A stretch of DNA of 30,037 nucleotides from Promethearchaeota archaeon. GTDB lineage: Archaea; Asgardarchaeota; Lokiarchaeia; Sigyniarchaeales; SOKP01. This document shows, one piece after another, positions 26,822 through 30,037 of the stretch (its first letter is position 1; every line of letters starts with the position of its first letter). Under the pieces are notes generated by a model. The model saw only the letters and a list, made by a program, of their open reading frames with translations. It had not been told where the DNA came from and made no database searches. A program made the translations under genes and the position numbers. The stretch is from positions 1-30,037 of the forward strand of contig JAFGOA010000058.1 of assembly GCA_016926735.1 (NCBI GenBank), in the 5' to 3' direction.

Positions 26822-28540
26822 ATGATTCGGACTCTTATCATTGATGGTATTACAAGCGTTTTATCAAGACATAGGATGGAACAAGTAAAAGATATTTTTA
26901 GAAGTAGTTTTCCATCTTTAGCCTATCTTGCTGATGAAATACCCTTAAAACTAAAAAACCCTATTCGGGAAGGTTATTTGTCTAAATTACTTATATTAGA
27001 AAAAAAACAAAATTTAGTTTTAGGTTTTGCTTTTATAATCCATTTTCCATCTATATATGCTAGTTTTTTAGACTTTTTCGCAGTTCATTCTAAGCAAAGA
27101 GGATTAGGGATTGGAGGATCATTATATGAATCTGTACAGGAGCATTGTCGTCAGATGGGCAGTCAAGCGTTATATATAGATGTTAGTCCAGATGATCCAA
27201 CATTAACAAAGAATGAAAGGGAATGTATTCAAAATCAAAAACGAATTCGTTTCTATGAACGTTATGGTTGCCGAGTTGTAATAAATAAGGAGTATTCTAA
27301 GCCGGTAGGTAATCCTCCAACATATGCTTATCTTATGATCGATCCACTTAATAATGAGGATTTCCCAGACATTACAAATATTAAAAGTGCTCTTTCGCGT
27401 ATATTTCTCCTTCGCTTTTCGCGTTCTGTAACACCAGAATACATTACTAATGTCTTAGAATCCATAACAGAGGAAGGATTTAGACTCCGTCCTATAATAA
27501 AAAAGCGAAAAAGAAAATTAATAAACATTAAAGTAGGAAAATTTCAGGAAAAATTTGCTTTAATATATAACCTGCAACATAAAATCCATCATTTACATGA
27601 CAAAGGATATTTAGAGAGTCCTATCCGTGTACAAGCTATTATGGATGCTTTAGAAGGTTCTCCATTATTTAATATAGTCCGAGTAAAAAAAATCCCTGAT
27701 ACTATTATATCTGAATTACATAGCCCAGATTTAATTCAATATCTTAAAATAGTCTGCAGTCAGCTAAATGAAAATAATATATTTTATCCTGATACTTTTC
27801 CCATAAGAAGGAGCAGTCAGAAACCAAAGAATTTAGCAATACAAGCTGGTTATTATTGTTTGGATGATGGTACACCACTTTATAAAGGTGCTTTTATTGC
27901 TGCTAAGGCAGCACTTAATACAGCGCTAACTGGAGCAGATGAGATCCTTTCGGGTAAAAAAGTTGTATATGCGGTTTGCCGACCCCCAGGTCATCATGCG
28001 GGAATAAACTTTTTTGGAGGATTTTGTTATTTTAATAATGCTGCTGCTGCTGCGCACTTCCTTAGCGAACATCACAAAGTTGCAATTCTTGATTTAGATT
28101 TTCACCATGGGAACGGCACTCAAGATATATTTTATCATAGGTCAGATATCCTTACGCTATCTATCCATGGGGATCCAAATTATTCTTATCCTTATTTTAG
28201 CGGTTTCATAGATGAGATTGGTGAAGGTGAAGGTAAGGGTTTTAATCAAAATTACCCACTCCCTCCTGATACAAATGATTCCACCTATTTAAAAACGTTA
28301 GAAATAGCACTCACAAGAATAAAAGAATTTCGGACTGAAATTCTAATTGTTTCACTTGGTTATGATATTCTTAAAGGAGATCCTACGGGTAATTTCAATA
28401 TTAGTTTTAGAGGTATGTCCCACATTGCTTTAAAATTGAGAGAATTAAATATACCAATACTTCTTATTCAAGAGGGGGGATATCATATGAATAACATAAG
28501 ACGAGGTTGTGAAGCTTTCTTCTTGGGTCTTATAAATTAA
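26822..28540 (+). CDS. GNAT acetyltransferase fused to HDAC/acetylpolyamine amidohydrolase domain
   Basis: N-terminal LDFFAV..QRGLGIGG...RFYERYG. C-terminal ESPIR, RPPGHHA, GGFCYFNN, LDLDFHHGNGTQ, SLGYD..KGDP, QEGGY. Confidence 0.93.
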   Translation: MIRTLIIDGITSVLSRHRMEQVKDIFRSSFPSLAYLADEIPLKLKNPIREGYLSKLLILEKKQNLVLGFAFIIHFPSIYASFLDFFAVHSKQRGLGIGGSLYESVQEHCRQMGSQALYIDVSPDDPTLTKNERECIQNQKRIRFYERYGCRVVINKEYSKPVGNPPTYAYLMIDPLNNEDFPDITNIKSALSRIFLLRFSRSVTPEYITNVLESITEEGFRLRPIIKKRKRKLINIKVGKFQEKFALIYNLQHKIHHLHDKGYLESPIRVQAIMDALEGSPLFNIVRVKKIPDTIISELHSPDLIQYLKIVCSQLNENNIFYPDTFPIRRSSQKPKNLAIQAGYYCLDDGTPLYKGAFIAAKAALNTALTGADEILSGKKVVYAVCRPPGHHAGINFFGGFCYFNNAAAAAHFLSEHHKVAILDLDFHHGNGTQDIFYHRSDILTLSIHGDPNYSYPYFSGFIDEIGEGEGKGFNQNYPLPPDTNDSTYLKTLEIALTRIKEFRTEILIVSLGYDILKGDPTGNFNISFRGMSHIALKLRELNIPILLIQEGGYHMNNIRRGCEAFFLGLIN

Positions 28541-28585
28541 GATAATAGATGGTGAATTTTTAAAGTTAGATTGATTATTTTAATA

Positions 28586-28636
28586 TTGATTAAATAGGAC
28601 AGATTCATTCCTAAAGTCCCTTAAAAACCTTTTTTT
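28586..28636 (+). repeat. Highly degenerate dif-like site J
   Basis: TTGATTAAATA-GGACAG-ATTCATTCCTA, then AAGTCCCTTAAAAACCTTTTTT at the same offset as the box at site H. Confidence 0.4.
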
Positions 28637-28848
28637 AATTTTAATATAAAAATTTTTTATCTTTAAGTTAATTATCAGAAAAATGTAGTTAAAGAAATAT
28701 TTTATTTTAGGGAATATAAGTTTAATTCTCGTTAGTTTAAATCTACTTCTTTTATTCATATTTGACCATAAGAAAAGCTATACTCTCCATAGAATATGTC
28801 TTAATTTCTTTTAAGCACTAAGTTCTCTGTTCCCCTAAATAAGACTAT

Positions 28849-29595
28849 TTACATTTTTCTAAACACATAAATTGCCCACCCAAGTACGTCTCGTTCCCAT
28901 TTTAAATATAAGGTCTTCTCTTTATTTAATTTGATTAACATCTCAGGAAGGTCAGGATCTTCTGGATGTGCTTGAGCATACTTGTCCATTGCATACCATT
29001 GGAGCCCAAGATATCTGTCCCACTCGTCATGAGTGCTCACGAAAGTGTATAGTATTTTTAGACCTAGATTTTCTCCAATTTGCACATTCTCAGCGTGATT
29101 GCTAAACATTTCATATTTTATTTCTGAGAGATCGAAATACTCTTTTGGGGGATTGCTGATCCAAAAGGGTTCTCCCACCACGACGAGTCCGTTGCGCTTG
29201 GTTTGGCTCATCAAATATTTAAGGGTACCCTCATGTCCATTATAAATCCAACTGGCACCTAAACAAGATGTGAGATCAAAGCTCTCCAGTGTATTAGGCA
29301 TATAATTGGCGCCGTCCATTTTAATTAATGTTAAATCGGCATTCGGAACATACTCTTTCGCTTTTCTTTTAGCATCAGCGAGGTGGTAAGGTGATTGATC
29401 AACGCCTATTGCGGAAACATTGTACTTTTCGACGAGCCGAATTAGAAATTCTCCTTTACCAGTGGCGATATCTAATACTTTTGAACCGGGTTTTAACTCC
29501 AAGAGAGTAATAAGCTCATTTAATTTTTCAATGCTCATAGGATTGCACACGAGGTGCTCCTTGTGTGTCTCATTATAATATTTCCAAACTTCCAT
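28849..29595 (-). CDS. Class I SAM-dependent methyltransferase
   Basis: VLDIATGKGE motif I, GVDQS, FDLTSCLGASW, GLVVVGEPFW. Visibly more GC-rich than its neighbours. Confidence 0.92.
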   Translation of the reverse strand: MEVWKYYNETHKEHLVCNPMSIEKLNELITLLELKPGSKVLDIATGKGEFLIRLVEKYNVSAIGVDQSPYHLADAKRKAKEYVPNADLTLIKMDGANYMPNTLESFDLTSCLGASWIYNGHEGTLKYLMSQTKRNGLVVVGEPFWISNPPKEYFDLSEIKYEMFSNHAENVQIGENLGLKILYTFVSTHDEWDRYLGLQWYAMDKYAQAHPEDPDLPEMLIKLNKEKTLYLKWERDVLGWAIYVFRKM

Positions 29596-29743
29596 AGTTA
29601 TTAGTTTTATAAATATATTAGATACCTATTCAAGTTATTTAATTTTTTCATCAACTATATATAAAAAAAATAATAAATCAATTAAAATAAAAATCTTTAA
29701 TTAATTATCAAAAATTAAAAGTGATTTAAATAAGGTAAAAATT

Positions 29744-29935
29744 ATGGAAAAAAGTATAAAAAAAAAGCGAACAAAAGTCATGTATAGATGGATATCACAA
29801 ATTTTTAATCCAATTTTGATGAAAAATGGCTTAAAGAATTATATTTGGTATTTAAAAGATTTAAAAAAATATGCTAAAATGGAAGGAGCAGAAAATATAG
29901 AATTTATTAATACACAACCTTGTATTTCATGGTGA
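29744..29935 (+). pseudogene. 5' fragment of a gene (DUF268/methyltransferase-like N-terminus) cut off by an insertion
   Basis: WYLKDLKKY..MEGAE.I.F..T.PC recalls DUF268-type N-termini, which continue PCLHD. The TGA stop comes from the inserted GTGAACTAC sequence. Confidence 0.45.
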
Positions 29936-30037
29936 ACTACCACGTCCGAAACAGTACTTCGTAATTATGTGATATTCATCCGAAATCATCTTTATCTTGA
30001 ATTTTCTGGATGATGGATGGATATCCAAAACTTGAAA
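29932..30037 (-). mobile_element. Probable IS200/IS605-family right end (runs off the window)
   Basis: Minus strand reads ...GAAG-TACTGT-TTCGG-ACGTGG-TAGTTCAC, the typical GAAG-hairpin-TAGTTCAC right-end layout with an imperfect hairpin. An open frame ending ...CFGRGSSP* runs through it. Confidence 0.6.

Noticed and set aside
312-27528. Short antisense ORFs in the track (312-524, 765-1016, 2280-2462, 9967-10260, 11558-11761, 19160-19348, 27328-27528)
   Set aside because: They are shadows of well-supported genes on the opposite strand and carry no motifs.
18619-28636. CRISPR array reading of the repeats
   Set aside because: Repeats are 0.2-2.6 kb apart, separated by whole genes, and no cas genes are present.
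29933-29935. TGA as selenocysteine
   Set aside because: The codon lies in the IS-like end, the downstream frame closes again soon and no SECIS was seen.

Overview
Very AT-rich archaeal chromosomal DNA, most likely a Lokiarchaeia-type Asgard archaeon. This is inferred from a longin+roadblock protein, an archaeal-type Pgk, a CCA-less tRNA, TATA/BRE promoters and a Loki-type CxxC..CxH protein. The left half (1-16.7 kb) is mostly core genes: sirtuin, radical SAM protein, rubrerythrin, longin/roadblock fusion, a short histone with a Lys-containing N-terminal tail, nikR, larC, larB, pgk, tRNA-Val(GAC) and a PadR-HAAS pair. The right half (16.7-30 kb) is accessory: short unrelated modules in mixed orientation, several pseudogenes, an IS630 remnant and a probable IS200/IS605 right end. 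The main observation is a family of intergenic 28-bp sites (11-bp arm, 6-bp spacer, 11-bp arm) that resemble Xer/dif recombination sites. They lie at 18619, 18811, 20574, 21327, 22581, 24015 and, more degenerately, 26619 and 28586. Several have phased ATGGAAAA accessory boxes. The sites fall between successive functional units (ferredoxin+TetR | barstar | GNAT toxin-antitoxin | alpha/alpha-barrel enzyme | hypotheticals | GNAT-HDAC | methyltransferase). This suggests an archaeal dif-module-like gene cassette array. No recombinase is encoded in the window, so the mechanism is inference.
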